Shown: positions 23,275-36,329 of the stretch, piece after piece
Position numbering within the stretch: the first letter of the stretch is position 1
Layout of the letters: each line of letters starts with the position of its first letter
Source: Macrostomum hystrix
Taxonomy: Eukaryota > Animalia > Platyhelminthes
Reading direction: 5' to 3'
DNA: 64,000 bases
Assembly: GCA_950097015.1 (NCBI GenBank)
Contig: CATNEN010000037.1
Span: forward strand, 744,001 to 808,000
Made by a program: the position numbers and the translations under genes
The notes under the pieces: model-generated
What the model was told of the DNA's origin: nothing
Database searches by the model: none
Seen by the model: the letters and a program-made list of their open reading frames with translations, nothing else

Positions 23275-26200
23275 ATGGAGATTCCGCAGCAGCAAGCCAG
23301 CCAGTGCGGCTTCGGCCCACACGCCGTTCACCTGCTGCCAAGCGTCTTTGTAACCATGAGCGATGGTGTGCGCCTGGCTGTTCGCCTCTGGTTGCCAAGC
23401 GGTAGAGTCGTTAGCAACCATTTCGGCGGCGAGTTAAGTTGGCTAGTCTACCGTGGCGGTGATGAAGGGGACATCGATTTGCCTGGCAACGACACCCGGG
23501 AGGCTTATCCCGTAGTGCTGGAATACCTGCCCTACCGGAAGGACGACATCACGGCCGCTAGAGATTATCGCCGCCACACCTGGATGGCATCCAACGGCAT
23601 CGCCGTGGCCAGAGCCGATCTGCGCGGCAGCGGCGACTCAGACGGACGCTGCGCCGACGAATACTCGCCCCAGGAGCTGCTAGACGGTCGCGAGCTGATT
23701 GGCTGGCTGTCAAGCCGGTCATGGTCCAATGGCAGAGTCGGCCTATTCGGCAAGAGCTGGGGCGGATTCAACGGCTTGCAGCTGGCCGAGCTCGGCTGCC
23801 CGGGCCTGGCCGCCGTGGTCAGCGTCTACAGCAGCGACGACCGGTTCAACAGCGACATCCACTGCACCGGCGGCTGCGTGATCGGCACCGAGGCGCTGAC
23901 CTGGAGCTCCTTCATGTTGGCCATAAACTCGCTGCCACCTAGCCCGGCTGTTCGGCCAGCCGACTGGATGAGCGAGTGGCGCAGCCGGCTGGACTGGGAG
24001 GGTCACCGGCCGTGGATTGACATCTGGCTGCGGCACCAGACGCCGGACGAGTATTGGCGCCGCGGCTCGGTGCGGTTCAACCCGGACCGGCTGACTGTGC
24101 CGGTGCTTCTCATTGGCGGCTGGCGCGATCTGTACACCGACGCCCTGCTGCGATTGGCCGACCGGCTGCCCAATCCGAACAGCTGCGCTCTGCTCGGGCC
24201 CTGGTCGCACGACTGGCCGGATACGGCCGTGCCGGGACCCAACCTGGCCTTCCTTGACGAATGCCTGCGCTGGTGGCGACTGCATCTCCTTGGCCCCGTC
24301 GCGTCCGAGTCGGTCGCCGAATCGCCGCTGCCGCCGTCTCGATTTCGGGCCTTTCAACGCATCGAGGAGCCGACTGCATTGCCTGCGGCCAATTCCAAGC
24401 TATGGCGGGGACGCTGGTTGGCTGCTGACAGCTACCGACAGCTGCTGTTGCCAGGCGGACTGCAATTCCACCTGACTGCGGATCAGCGGCTGGTGGGCCA
24501 GGCCATTGGAGCTGACAACCCGCATGAGCCCGCCTGGTCTGTCGACATCTCGTCGAGAGTAGAATGCGGCCTGGCTTATCCAGAGTTTCTGTCATTCGGT
24601 GACTCTGACGAAGCTCCGGATCAGTCGCTTAGCAACCGCATGGCAACCGCCTGGCATTCGGACAGCCTAGAAGAGGATTTGGATTTGTTTGGCTGCGGTA
24701 AGGTTGTTCTTAATCTACGGATTGTCGAGGTGACAAACAATGAGGGCGTTGAAAATATTGGCGAGCCGACTCAGCCGGTGGCGTCGCCAACCATCGGTGT
24801 GCGGCTGTGCGATCGAGATCCGGCTAGCGGACGAGAGACTCTGGTGGCCTGGGGCGTCGCCAACCTCAACCTGGAACAGGTGAGGCTCCTGCTGGCTTAT
24901 CTTATCAGCTCTGCGCTAGCTCAGCCTCACCCAATCTCCAATCTCTTCCTCCCAACTCTCACCCAGCCCAACTCTCACCCTACCCAACTCTCACCCAACC
25001 CAACTCTCACCCAACCCATCTCTCACCCTACTCAACTCTCACCCAGCCCAACTCTCACCCCACCCAACTCTCACCCAACCCAACTCTCACCCTACTCAAC
25101 TCTCACCCCACCTAACTCTCACCCCATCCAACTCTCACCCTACTCAACTCTCACCCCACCCAACTCTCACCCACCCAACTCTTACCCATCCCATCTCTCA
25201 CCCTACTCAACTCTCACCCAGCCCAACTCTCACCCCACCTAACTCTCACCCCATCCAGCTCTCACCCTACTCAACTCTCACCGCACCCAACTCTCACCCA
25301 GCCCAACTCTCACCCACCCAACTCTCACCCATCCCATCTCTCACCCTACTCAACTCTCACCCAGCCCAACTTTCACCCCACCTAACTCTCACCCTACTCA
25401 ACTCTCACCGCACCCAACTCTCACCCCACCCAACTCTCACCCAGCCCAACTCTCACCCACCCAACTCTCACCCATCCTATCTCTCACCCTACTCAACTCT
25501 CACCCAGCCCAACTCTCACCTCACCTAACTCTCACCCCATCCAACTCTCACCCTACTCAACTCTCACCCCACCCAACTCTCACCCCACCCAACTCTCACC
25601 CAGCCCAACTCTCACCCCACCCAACTCTCACCCCACCCAACTCTCACCCTACCCAACTCTCACCCAACCCAACTCTCACCCTACACAACTCTCACCCCAC
25701 CCAACTCTCACCCAACCCAACTCTCACCCTACTCAACTCTCACCCCACCTAACTCTCACCCCATCCAACTCTCACCCTACTCAACTCTCACCCCACCCAA
25801 CTCTCACCCACCCAACTCTTACCCATCCCATCTCTCACCCTACTCAACTCTCACCCAGCCCAACTCTCACCCCACCTAACTCTCACCCCATCCAGCTCTC
25901 ACCCTACTCAACTCTCACCGCACCCAACTCTCACCTAGCCCAACTCTCACCCACCCAACTCTCACCCATCCCATCTCTCACCCTACTCAACTCTCACCCA
26001 GCCCAACTCTCACCCCACCTAACTCTCACCCTACTCAACTCTCACCGCACCCAGCTCTCACCCTACTCAACTCTCACCGCACCCAACTCTCACCCCACCC
26101 AACTCTCACCCAGCCCAACTCTCACCCACCCAACTCTCACCCATCCCATCTCTCACCCTACTCAACTCTTACCCAGCCCAACTCTCACCCCACCTAACTC

Positions 26201-29200
26201 TCACCCTACTCAACTCTCACCGCACCCAACTCTCACCCCACCCAACTCTCACCCAGCCCAACTCTCACCCCACCTAACTCTCACCCCATCCAGCTCTCAC
26301 CCTACTCAACTCTCACCGCACCCAACTCTCACCCCACCCAACTCTCACCCACCCAACTCTCACCCTACTCAACTCTCACCCAGCCCAACTCTCACCCCAC
26401 CCAACTCTCACCCAACCCAACTCTCACCCTACTCAACTCTCACCCCACCTAACTCTCACCCCATCCAACTCTCACCCTACTCAACTCTCACCCCACCCAA
26501 CTCTCACCCACCCAACTCTTACCCATCCCATCTCTCACCCTACTCAACTCTCACCCAGCCCAACTCTCACCCCACCTAACTCTCACCCCATCCAGCTCTC
26601 ACCCTACTCAACTCTCACCGCACCCAACTCTCACCCAGCCCAACTCTCACCCACCCAACTCTCACCCATCCCATCTCTCACCCTACTCAACTCTCACCCA
26701 GCCCAACTTTCACCCCACCTAACTCTCACCCTACTCAACTCTCACCGCACCCAACTCTCACCCCACCCAACTCTCACCCAGCCCAACTCTCACCCACCCA
26801 ACTCTCACCCATCCTATCTCTCACCCTACTCAACTCTCACCCAGCCCAACTCTCACCTCACCTAACTCTCACCCCATCCAACTCTCACCCTACTCAACTC
26901 TCACCGCACCCAACTCTCACCCCACCCAACTCTCACCCCACCCAACTCTCACCCAGCCCAACTCTCACCCACCCAACTCTCACCCATCCCATCTCTCACC
27001 CTACTCAACTCTCACCCAGCCCAACTCTCACCCCACCTAACTCTCACCCCATCCAACTCTCACCCCACCCAACTCTCACCCAGCCCAACTCTCACCCCAC
27101 CTAACTCTCACCCCATCCAGCTCTCACCCTACTCAACTCTCACCGCACCCAACTCTCACCCCACCCAACTCTCACCCACCCAACTCTCACCCTACTCAAC
27201 TCTCACCCAGCCCAACTCTCACCCCACCCAACTCTCACCCAACCCAACTCTCACCCTACTCAACTCTCACCCCACCTAACTCTCACCCCATCCAACTCTC
27301 ACCCTACTCAACTCTCACCCCACCCAACTCTCACCCACCCAACTCTTACCCATCCCATCTCTCACCCTACTCAACTCTCACCCAGCCCAACTCTCACCCC
27401 ACCTAACTCTCACCCCATCCAGCTCTCACCCTACTCAACTCTCACCGCACCCAACTCTCACCCAGCCCAACTCTCACCCACCCAACTCTCACCCATCCCA
27501 TCTCTCACCCTACTCAACTCTCACCCAGCCCAACTTTCACCCCACCTAACTCTCACCCTACTCAACTCTCACCGCACCCAACTCTCACCCCACCCAACTC
27601 TCACCCAGCCCAACTCTCACCCACCCAACTCTCACCCATCCTATCTCTCACCCTACTCAACTCTCACCCAGCCCAACTCTCACCTCACCTAACTCTCACC
27701 CCATCCAACTCTCACCCTACTCAACTCTCACCGCACCCAACTCTCACCCCACCCAACTCTCACCCCACCCAACTCTCACCCAGCCAACTCTCACCCACCC
27801 AACTCTCACCCATCCCATCTCTCACCCTACTCAACTCTCACCCAGCCCAACTCTCACCCCACCTAACTCTCACCCCATCCAACTCTCACCCTACTCAACT
27901 CTCACCCCACCCAACTCTCACCCCACCAAACTCTCACCCTACCCAACTCTCACCCCACCCAACTCTCACCCATCCCATCTCTCACCCTACTCAACTCTCA
28001 CCCAGCCCAACTCTCACCCAGCCCAACTCTCACCCACCCAACTCTCACCCATCCCATCTCTCACCCTACTCAACTCTCACCCAGCCCAACTCTCACCCCA
28101 CCTAACTCTCACCCCATCCAACTCTCACCCTACTCAACTCTCACCCCACCCAACTCTCACCCCACCCAACTCTCACCCTACCCAACTCTCACCCCACCCA
28201 ACTCTCACCCCACCCAACTCTCACCCCACCCAACTCTCACCCAACCCTAAAATTTCTCAGGACGCTGACGGCTTCGCCACAAACGCCACGCCTCGTCGAT
28301 TTCCCGGTGGCCGAGTATTGGTTCGCCTGCGCGCCGCAACTCATCGATTTCACCGGGGCAGCCAAATCCTGCTGGCCCTGTCAGCCGGTTTGTGGCCGCT
28401 GGCCTGGCGCTGCCCCAGCGGCGTTGGCGGACCTCTGCAACGGCTGCGCCTGGTGTCCGACTGTGACGCGAATCGGCTTCACCTGCCACTGTTGAGTTCG
28501 AAATCAGAGGCGGCGGCGGCGGCGACGGAGAGGGCTCGGGAGGACAGGATTTTGAGCCTGGCGCCAAGGCTCGGCCCATCGCCGCCGATGCTGAATGTAG
28601 CTGGCAGAGGTGAGGTCCCGCCTAGTTGAGCGATTTTAAGGAATCAATATTCTGGGATTTTGGGGAATCAAGATTCTGGGATTTTGAGAAATCAAGATTT
28701 TGGGATTTTGAGGAATACGGATTCTAGGATTTTGAGTAATCAAGATTCTAGGATTTTGAGGAATCAAGATTCTAGGATTTTGAGGAATCAAGATTCTGGG
28801 ATTTTGAGGAATCAAGATTCTGGGATTTTGGGGAATCAAGATTCTGGGATTTTGAGGAATCAATATTCTGGGATTTTGTGGAATCAAGATTCTAGGATTT
28901 TGAGGAATCAAGATTCTGGGATTTTGAGGAATCAAGATTCTGGGATTTTGACGAATCAAGATTCTGGGATTTTGAGAAACCAAGATTCTGGGATTTTGGG
29001 GAATCAAGATTCTGGGATTTTGAGGAATCAAGATTCTAGGATTTTGAGGAATCAAGATTCTGGGATTTTGAGGAATCAAGATTCTAGGATTTTGAGGAAT
29101 CAAGATTTTGGGATTTTGAGGAATCAAGATTCTGGGATTTTGAGGAGCCAAGATTCTGGGGGGGGGGTGAGTGGCATAGCGGTGTAACGCGTTTGTCTCT

Positions 29201-30148
29201 CGCACCAATGCCCCAGAGCTCGATTCCGCGGCGAGGCCACATTAATTTAGGACGCAGCCGCTAAGAGAAGGCTTGGGGGCTTGTCGTGCAATTTACACCC
29301 TTGAGGGCCAACCTCCAAGGCACAGTGAGAGTGACAGTGACGATGAGAAAGTCGGGGCAGATGTACACGCCCAGTGTGAGTGTGTGCCTGCGTAAAGTAT
29401 CTGTGTGCGTGTGTGCTCAGGAGTCAGCGAAATGGGCAGAATTGCCTCCTCGCTGGCTGCGTGTCTAGTTTCACCAAATGATGTGCCATTGCCCGCAGCC
29501 CTCCTCCAATTATTACTATTAGTATTATTCCCAAGTCTGGGATTTAGGATTCAGGTTCTGAAACGTTTAGGAGTCGAGATTCTAGGGATTTACATATTTT
29601 AATTCTTTTTTAACCATTTAAAAGTTATTGAAATTAAAATAAGACAAATTGGGAGTAGAGTAATTTTCGCCACCTCAATGGTGAGGCTGAAATCCCAACA
29701 ACTGTCACTAGGCCAGCCGGGTGGCGCCTGCAGCAGCGGCAGTTTTGGCGGCGCCGATCCCGAATTTCAGCGTCGCCTAGAATGGGATCTGGTCAAGGAG
29801 CGCTGGTCGCACCATCTTGAGTCACACTTCTGTCCGCCAATGGAGCTGACGCTGCCCGACGGTCACCGCGTGCGCCTCAGCTGGCGAAGACACTACCTGC
29901 ACGGCATCGGCGACGTTGACGGAGGCGCCGATGCCAGCCCGAGGTCGGAGGCTCAGCACCGGCTTGAGTTGAGCTGGCCGACTCAGGGGGTGGCTGTCAC
30001 TGTACTCGCTGCCTGTTCGCTCAGCTATGATGCGACAGACGGTAGAAACAATTTTGTTACATCTGCTCAGCTTCGAGTTCTGCTCAATGGGGAGCAGTTC
30101 TTTTGTAAGGATTACAGCGACCGAATTGCTAATGCGACCGCTTGCTAA
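23275..30148 (+). CDS. CocE/NonD family (peptidase S15-like) alpha/beta hydrolase with PepX_C domain; exons 23275-24879, 28261-28609, 29712-30148 (~796 aa)
   Basis: Motifs MSDGVRLAVRLWLP, EYLPYRKDD, DLRGSGDSDG, nucleophile GKSWGG, GGWRDLY (Asp) and GPWSHDWP (His). Both introns are GT-AG and phase-compatible (0 and 1). Confidence 0.88.
24925..28245. repeat. 3.3-kb C-rich minisatellite (CCAACTCTCACCC(C/T)A-like, 15-16 bp) with higher-order structure
   Basis: Directly visible; it fills hydrolase intron 1. Confidence 0.97.
28635..29160. repeat. 24-bp minisatellite (AGGAATCAAGATTCTGGGATTTTG)
   Basis: Directly visible, in hydrolase intron 2. Confidence 0.96.
29168..29529 (+). mobile_element. tRNA-derived SINE, family A copy 2 (most complete)
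   Basis: A-box TGGCATAGCGG, B-box GCTCGATTCC, the shared body, and a (TTA)-like tail. Confidence 0.87.
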
Positions 30149-30164
30149 CGGTTGGCTGAGTTTC

Positions 30165-30340
30165 ACTGACTCACTGACTGACCCACTGACTCACTGACCA
30201 CTGACCCACTGACTCACTGACCCACTGACCCACTGACCCACTGACTCACTGACCACTGACCCACTGACTCACTGACTGACGGACTCACGGACTGACTCAC
30301 TGACCCACTGACTCACTGACACACTGACTCACTGACTCAC
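30165..30340. repeat. ACTGACCCACTGACTC-type short tandem repeat
   Basis: Directly visible. Confidence 0.9.
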
Positions 30341-30559
30341 AAATTCGCTGGGTTCCACGTGACTTCCAGCGACTAACACTTCATTTATTTACTTGATTTA
30401 CTTGGTCATAAATTCAGTAGCTTACAAATTCTGTAATTTCAGCAGTTCAGGAACTCCGTAATTCATAAACCCACCCATTCACACATACAAAAGTTAACAA
30501 ACTTATAATTTCACAAGCTAACAAGTTTACAAAATCACTAGCTCAGTCTTTCACAAGAG

Positions 30560-30830
30560 CATAAGTTCACAAATTCACAAGTTCACAAACTCACAAATTC
30601 ACAAGTTCACAAATTCACAAGTTCACTAATTCACAAGTTCACAAACTCACAAGTTCACAAATTCACAAGTTCACAAACTCACAAGTTCACAAATTCACAA
30701 GTTCACAAATTCACAAGTTCACAAACTCACAAGTTCACTAATTAACAAGTTCACTAATTCACAAGTTCGCTAATTCACAAGTTCACTAATTAACAAGTTC
30801 ACTAATTCACAAGTTCACAAACTCACAAGT
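30560..30830. repeat. 16-bp repeat (TTCACAAGTTCACAAA)
   Basis: Directly visible. Confidence 0.92.
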
Positions 30831-31121
30831 TCGATATAAATGTTTAGTGATCTATACTGACAATGCTGCGTGAGTATTTTCGCGTGTTGTACCAAGCCCT
30901 CCTGTCATTGACAGTATTCTATTATTTTCTACTCGTAGATCGTCACAATATGAAGACTCACATTATTATCTTAAACACCAATTTCACTTTACACCAAACT
31001 TTAATGAGCAGTGACATGCGTCAAATTTATTTAAAGAAAAATTTAACTAATGAGAAATACAATTGTTCTTTGAAAAAAAACTGCAATCGCTTCGACTCCC
31101 AGTTGCCATAGCAACCTTTTG

Positions 31122-34100
31122 TTAGCTTGCTTTGCTAGTCTCCCGGGCGCGAAGCCACAGGCAACCGAACGACAGCAGCCTTAGCGACACAATCAGTACA
31201 CACAGCATGCCAACATTGAAGCCGGTGCTGTCCGCATTGAAGTTGAAACTGTTGATGACGTCAGCACCCGTGTGGTAGCACCTGCTGGTGGCTTGCTGCT
31301 GGACTGTCACAGCCGGGCAGCTGATGTTTGCCACCGCATTCCACTGGTTGACCACCAGGGTCTCGTAGCCGTAGCTGAACCAGGACAGGTACCGCAGCCA
31401 GCTCAGCCACACGGGGATGCTGGCCTGGTTCAGGAAGAATCCGCCCAGGATGAAGAATGGAAGAATGGCCGGCGTGGAGACAGCCAGGGCGATCTCGATT
31501 CGACCGCAGGCTGTGGCTACGAAATAGGCCAGCGACACAGCAGCCATGCAGATGAGCACCACAATGAGCAGGGTCATCAGGAATCTGACGAAGGTTCTAT
31601 CCAAGCCGATTGCAAAATAGACAATGACAACGAAGCTGAATGGAATCAGCAGAAACAGGGGTGCCTCGGCCAGGTTCTTGCATAGAAAGTAGGTGTCCAC
31701 CCGATACATGCCGTTGTGATGCTCCCGGTAGAAGATGGGCAGCTCCAGGGGGAATGAGTTGAGCACGGTGTAGAAGTTCGAATAGGTCGTGTTGGTTAAC
31801 AAGAGGAACAGCGCCCCGTTGAGGTTCATGACGCCGTTCTGGTTGTAGCGCTGGTCGAAGTAGACGGCGGCGATGATGGCGGCCACAATGATGGTCTGCA
31901 GGACGCGCACGGCGAAGACGTTGGCGTCCCGCGCCTGCGACAGCCAGCAGCGCCAGAGCAGAGCCGCGACCTGCCGGCCCCAGCTGGCTTTGTAAGGCGA
32001 GCGTCGGCCACGGAACTGCTGGGCAACATCGGCCACCTGCTGGCTGTCCAGAAAGTCGCGCTGACGATGCGCCGTCTCTTGCCAGGCCTTGGCCAGGGCC
32101 GACTTAGCAAACGCGTCGGCCACAGCGTGGACTCTCTGGCGGCAATAGTCCTCCGAGCCGCTGCGCACAGCCAGGGTGTGCACAAAATGATCGGCCGGAT
32201 TATAGTTCATTGGGCACGGGTAGCCGCACTCGGCGAAGAAATTCGACGCCTCGGTCGCCGGGCCGAGGTAGGTGACGCGGCCCTCGGCCATCAGCATCAG
32301 CTGGTCGAACAGGGCGAAGGACTCGGATGACGGCTGGTGGATGGTGCACAGGATGGTTCGCCCGTTGGCGGCCAACTTGCGCAGGGTCTGCACCACAGTC
32401 TCGGCCATGTAGCTGTCCAGCCCGGAGGTCGGCTCGTCGCAGAACATCAGCGGCGGGTTAGTGAGCAGCTCGGAAGCGAAGCTCAGCCGCTTCATTTCGC
32501 CGCCGGAGATGCCCTTGCGAGTTCCCGGATTTCCGATATAATCATCGGCGCACTTGGCCAGGCCCATCTCCTCCAGAACCTCTTCAACTCGATGCCGCCT
32601 ATCCTTCAGCGAAATTTCCGAGTCCATTCTGAGAAGGGCTTGGAACCAGAGATGCTCGCGCACCTTCAGGGTCCCGATGAACATGTCATCCTGCTGCACA
32701 TAGGCCGACAGAGCCTTGATGTCCTTGTCCACGCTCATGCCATTGACCTTGACCATGCCGTCAATCTGCAGATTCGACTGGTTCCTGGCTGTCAGGACGT
32801 TCAATAGGGTGCTCTTGCCGGCCCCGGATGCGCCGAGGATAGCCAGCAGGGTGCCTGGCATGGCGGAGCCAGACACTCCGTGCAGAATCTGCTTCCTGCC
32901 GCTGGTCTCGTAGGCTCTGCCGAAGCAGTCGGTGCCGATGATCGGGGCGAACACGTTGACATTCTCCCAGACCAGGGTGATGGAGCTGATGCCGTCTAGG
33001 ATGCTGATGCTCTTCTTGTAGCGATTCGAGGTCCTGCGCGAGCGATCATGAGTCACTGCGGGAACAGAGTGAGCATCATTGTCGATGCAGTTATTATTTG
33101 TCGCATTATTGAACTGAAGCATGAATTTTTTGTTGCTGCTCCGTTTGCGTACTTGGAACATATAAATAATTTTATTAATGCGACCCTAATATTTAAATAC
33201 TAATAAATAGTCTATGGTAAATGTGAGCTGAAAATATACATGTCATAAAAACAACAAGGACCTCGATATATTGCATCTGTATATGTACTATGGATACTTT
33301 GTACAGAAGTCCACGAACAGAAGTACAGTTGCGCTCGCTCGCGGATATTGGGGAAGAAATTTTCAAAACCTTGCAATCACCTAAGACACAAAATTCGATG
33401 TATTTAACAACTAACTTTTACCTACAAATCAACAGGATATGAACACTGTTAATTACAAGTTTGCATGTGGGCTTGTTAACAAAAAAAATAAGCTAGAACT
33501 TTCCCTATGTCGATCGAAACTAACACCATCTAGACTGGGGGTCATTTAGGACACAAAACCAATTAAAAGAACCCGAGAACAGTCAATAGATCAGTAGGAT
33601 TTGATCAGGATTCGATTAATTGATCAGTTAGATCAGATCAGGAATTTTTCAATCGATCAATATTTTTAGACCAAAATTCTATCAATCGATCAGTAGATCA
33701 GACTAGGATTCTATCCATCGATCAAAGACCAGGATTCTATCCATCGATCATAGACCAGAATTCTATCCATCGATCAAAGACCAGGATTCTATCCATCGAT
33801 CAAAGACCAGGATTCTATCCATCGATCATAGACCAGGATTCTATCCATCGATCAAAGACCAGGATTCTATCCATCGATCAAAGACCAGGATTCTATCCAT
33901 CGATCAAAGACCAGGATTCTATCCATCGATCATAGACCAGGATTCTATCCATCGATCATAGACCAGGATTCTATCCATCGATCATAGACCAGGATTCTAT
34001 CAATCGATCAAAGACCAGGATTCTATCCATCGATCATAGACCAGGATTCTATCCATCGATCATAGACCAGGATTCTATCCATCGATCATAGACCAGGATT

Positions 34101-35050
34101 CTATCCATCGATCATAGACCAGGATTCTATCCATCGATCATAGACCAGGATTCTATCCATCGATCATAGACCAGGATTCTATCCATCGATCATAGACCAG
34201 GATTCTATCAATCAATCAGTTAGATTTGATCAGGATTCTATCAATCAATCAGTTAGATTTGATCAGGATTCTATCAATCAATCAGTTAGATTTGATCAGG
34301 ATTCTATCAATCGATCAGTTAGATTTGATCAGGATTCTATCAATCAATCAGTTAGATTTGATCAGGATTCTATCAATCAATCAGTTAGATTTGATCAGGA
34401 TTCTATCAATCGATCAGTTAGATTTGATCAGGATTCTATCAATCAATCAGTTAGATTTGATCAGGATTCTATCAATCAATCAGTTAGATTTGATCAGGAT
34501 TCTATCAATCGATCAGTTAGATTTGATCAGGATTCTATCAATCGATCAGTTAGATTTGATCAGGATTCTATCAATCGATCAGTTAGATTTGATCAGGATT
34601 CTATCAATCAATCAGTTAGATTTGATCAGGATTCTATCAATCAATCAGTTAGATTTGATCAGGATTCTATCAATCGATCAGTTAGATTTGATCAGGATTC
34701 TATCAATCGATCAGTTAGATTTGATCAGGATTCTATCAATCAATCAGTTAGATAGTTAGATTGGACCAGGATCAGTTAGATTTGATCAGGAGTATTTCAA
34801 TCAATAAATAAGATTAGATTTGGGAGTCAATCAGTCAAAAAAGGTTACTAGATCAGGTGCTAATCGCGAGCAGTTCACAGCAGCTCTTACCACTGTTGCT
34901 GAAGGCCATCGCAGCCTTCTGCTTGGCGGTCGGATATTCGTGCTCAATGAAAGTCTCATAGCCTGACTGGTCGCTAGTAGCTTCGGTCTCGGACGGAATG
35001 AGTGGCACAGACTCAGATGGCTTCGCCTTGTTAGACTTCAAGCGTGGCAT
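31122..35050 (-). CDS. white: White-type ABCG half transporter; main exon 33151-31122 plus probable first exon 35050-34891 (~729 aa)
   Basis: Walker A GASGAGKST, signature ISGGEMKRLSFASE, FCDEPTSGLDS, CTIHQP and a C-terminal TMD. The upstream exon ends at a strong G|GTAAGA donor that is phase-compatible with the TTCCAAG| acceptor at 33152; this exon is less certain than the main one. Confidence 0.92.
33680..34790. repeat. Composite minisatellite: 26-bp (GATCATAGACCAGGATTCTATCCATC) switching at ~34200 to 33-bp (GATCAGTTAGATTTGATCAGGATTCTATCAATC)
   Basis: Directly visible; both units share CAGGATTCTATC. Confidence 0.96.
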
Positions 35051-36188
35051 TCGCTCTGTAAGTTGGTGGCGTAAAATAAAGGTCTCAAAGCTAGCTCAGT
35101 GTGATAGCAGAGTAGCCTACTACGGTATTTTATGTGAACATTAATCAACTGATCTTGTCAGTGAAAATTTACAACCTCTCCCCTCCACGTGCCGATAAGA
35201 ACTTGGATCTCACGTGGCCTTGATAAGAGCCGCGATTAGCGCAAGGTTTTGCTACAACCTGCGATATATCAAGGCGTGCGTGAAACGCACAATTCTCAAA
35301 TTGATAACAATTCAAATAGAAGCTATGAATTGCCGAAGTGGAATCTAATTTCTGACTAAACATGTCGCGATTCATGAACTTGGCTTTTCATTTCACCCCA
35401 TTGGCCAAGGTATTAACAATGGAATACCAAATATGTTTATTGAGCAAAGCGAACCAGGCATTACTGCTAATCTGCTGAGAACACACACACACACGTACAC
35501 GGACATACACGGACGCACCTACCCTGACTTTCATCGTGCTGCCTCATTTAACGTAAAATTCCACGACAAATTAATTTAGCCTCGCCGCGAATGCAACTAC
35601 TCAGTCCTACTCAACCCTCTTCAGCTACTTTAAGTAGGCCTGTTAGAAATTTTGGAATTAGTAAATTATAAATATTCTGCATATAATTTTAGATGCTTGA
35701 TGGAACTGACCCATACGTTTAGTCGTTCAACTAAGTACTCCGTCAAAAAACTGCATCGTGATTTTCTATAATATCAAAACATTTGACATTTATTAAAGTA
35801 CAAAGAAGATCGATTAGTTAATATTTGTCTAGGCCAAACCTGTGGCACATTTTTACTGCGTGCAGTCAATCAGAGATTCCGAAATCTGGCATTCGAGCCG
35901 AGAGAAATAATTTAGAAATAAAAGTACATCGAGATAGTCGCGATAGGAAAGAAGTATTCGCATTTTTTCCCAGGATCAGGCACTTCCTTCCTCTGCAATC
36001 CAGTTTGCGCATGGGAGAAATGAGCCTAATTTGAGAAAAGTCTGAAAAGTCACAAGTCTAAGAATTGTTAAAGGGATAAAAAAGATCAATTTTACGCACT
36101 TTTTCTCCTTGACAATCTGCATAACCTTGGCGTATTTTAGTTTCCAGACTTTTGTACCTTCGCCTGAGCTAGTCGTCACCAACTTTAA

Positions 36189-36189
<1 letters not shown>

Positions 36190-36234
<45 letters not shown>
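36190..36234. repeat. (GCCT)n microsatellite
   Basis: Directly visible. Confidence 0.95.
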
Positions 36235-36329
36235 TTCACATCCCCATCTTCTGCTTCAGTTTAAAAGCACATACGAGTAGTTTTAGTACGTTCAATAAGT
36301 TCTGATTCTCAATCCTTTTTTACGTGCTC

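Noticed and set aside
23275-24879. Bacterial contamination or chimeric contig for the hydrolase
   Set aside because: It has two canonical phase-compatible introns containing host-type satellites and a host SINE.
29444-29510. HDV-like ribozyme (GCCTCCTCGCTGGC matches the HDV P3/L3)
   Set aside because: P1, P1.1 (GG) and P2 cannot be completed. Copy 1 alters L3, and an alternative stem with GTCAGCGA explains the conservation.
31272-32913. Plus-strand ORFs overlapping white, and similar antisense ORFs over CLTC, UBR and the hydrolase
   Set aside because: They are shadow ORFs of GC-rich coding sequence with no recognisable domains.
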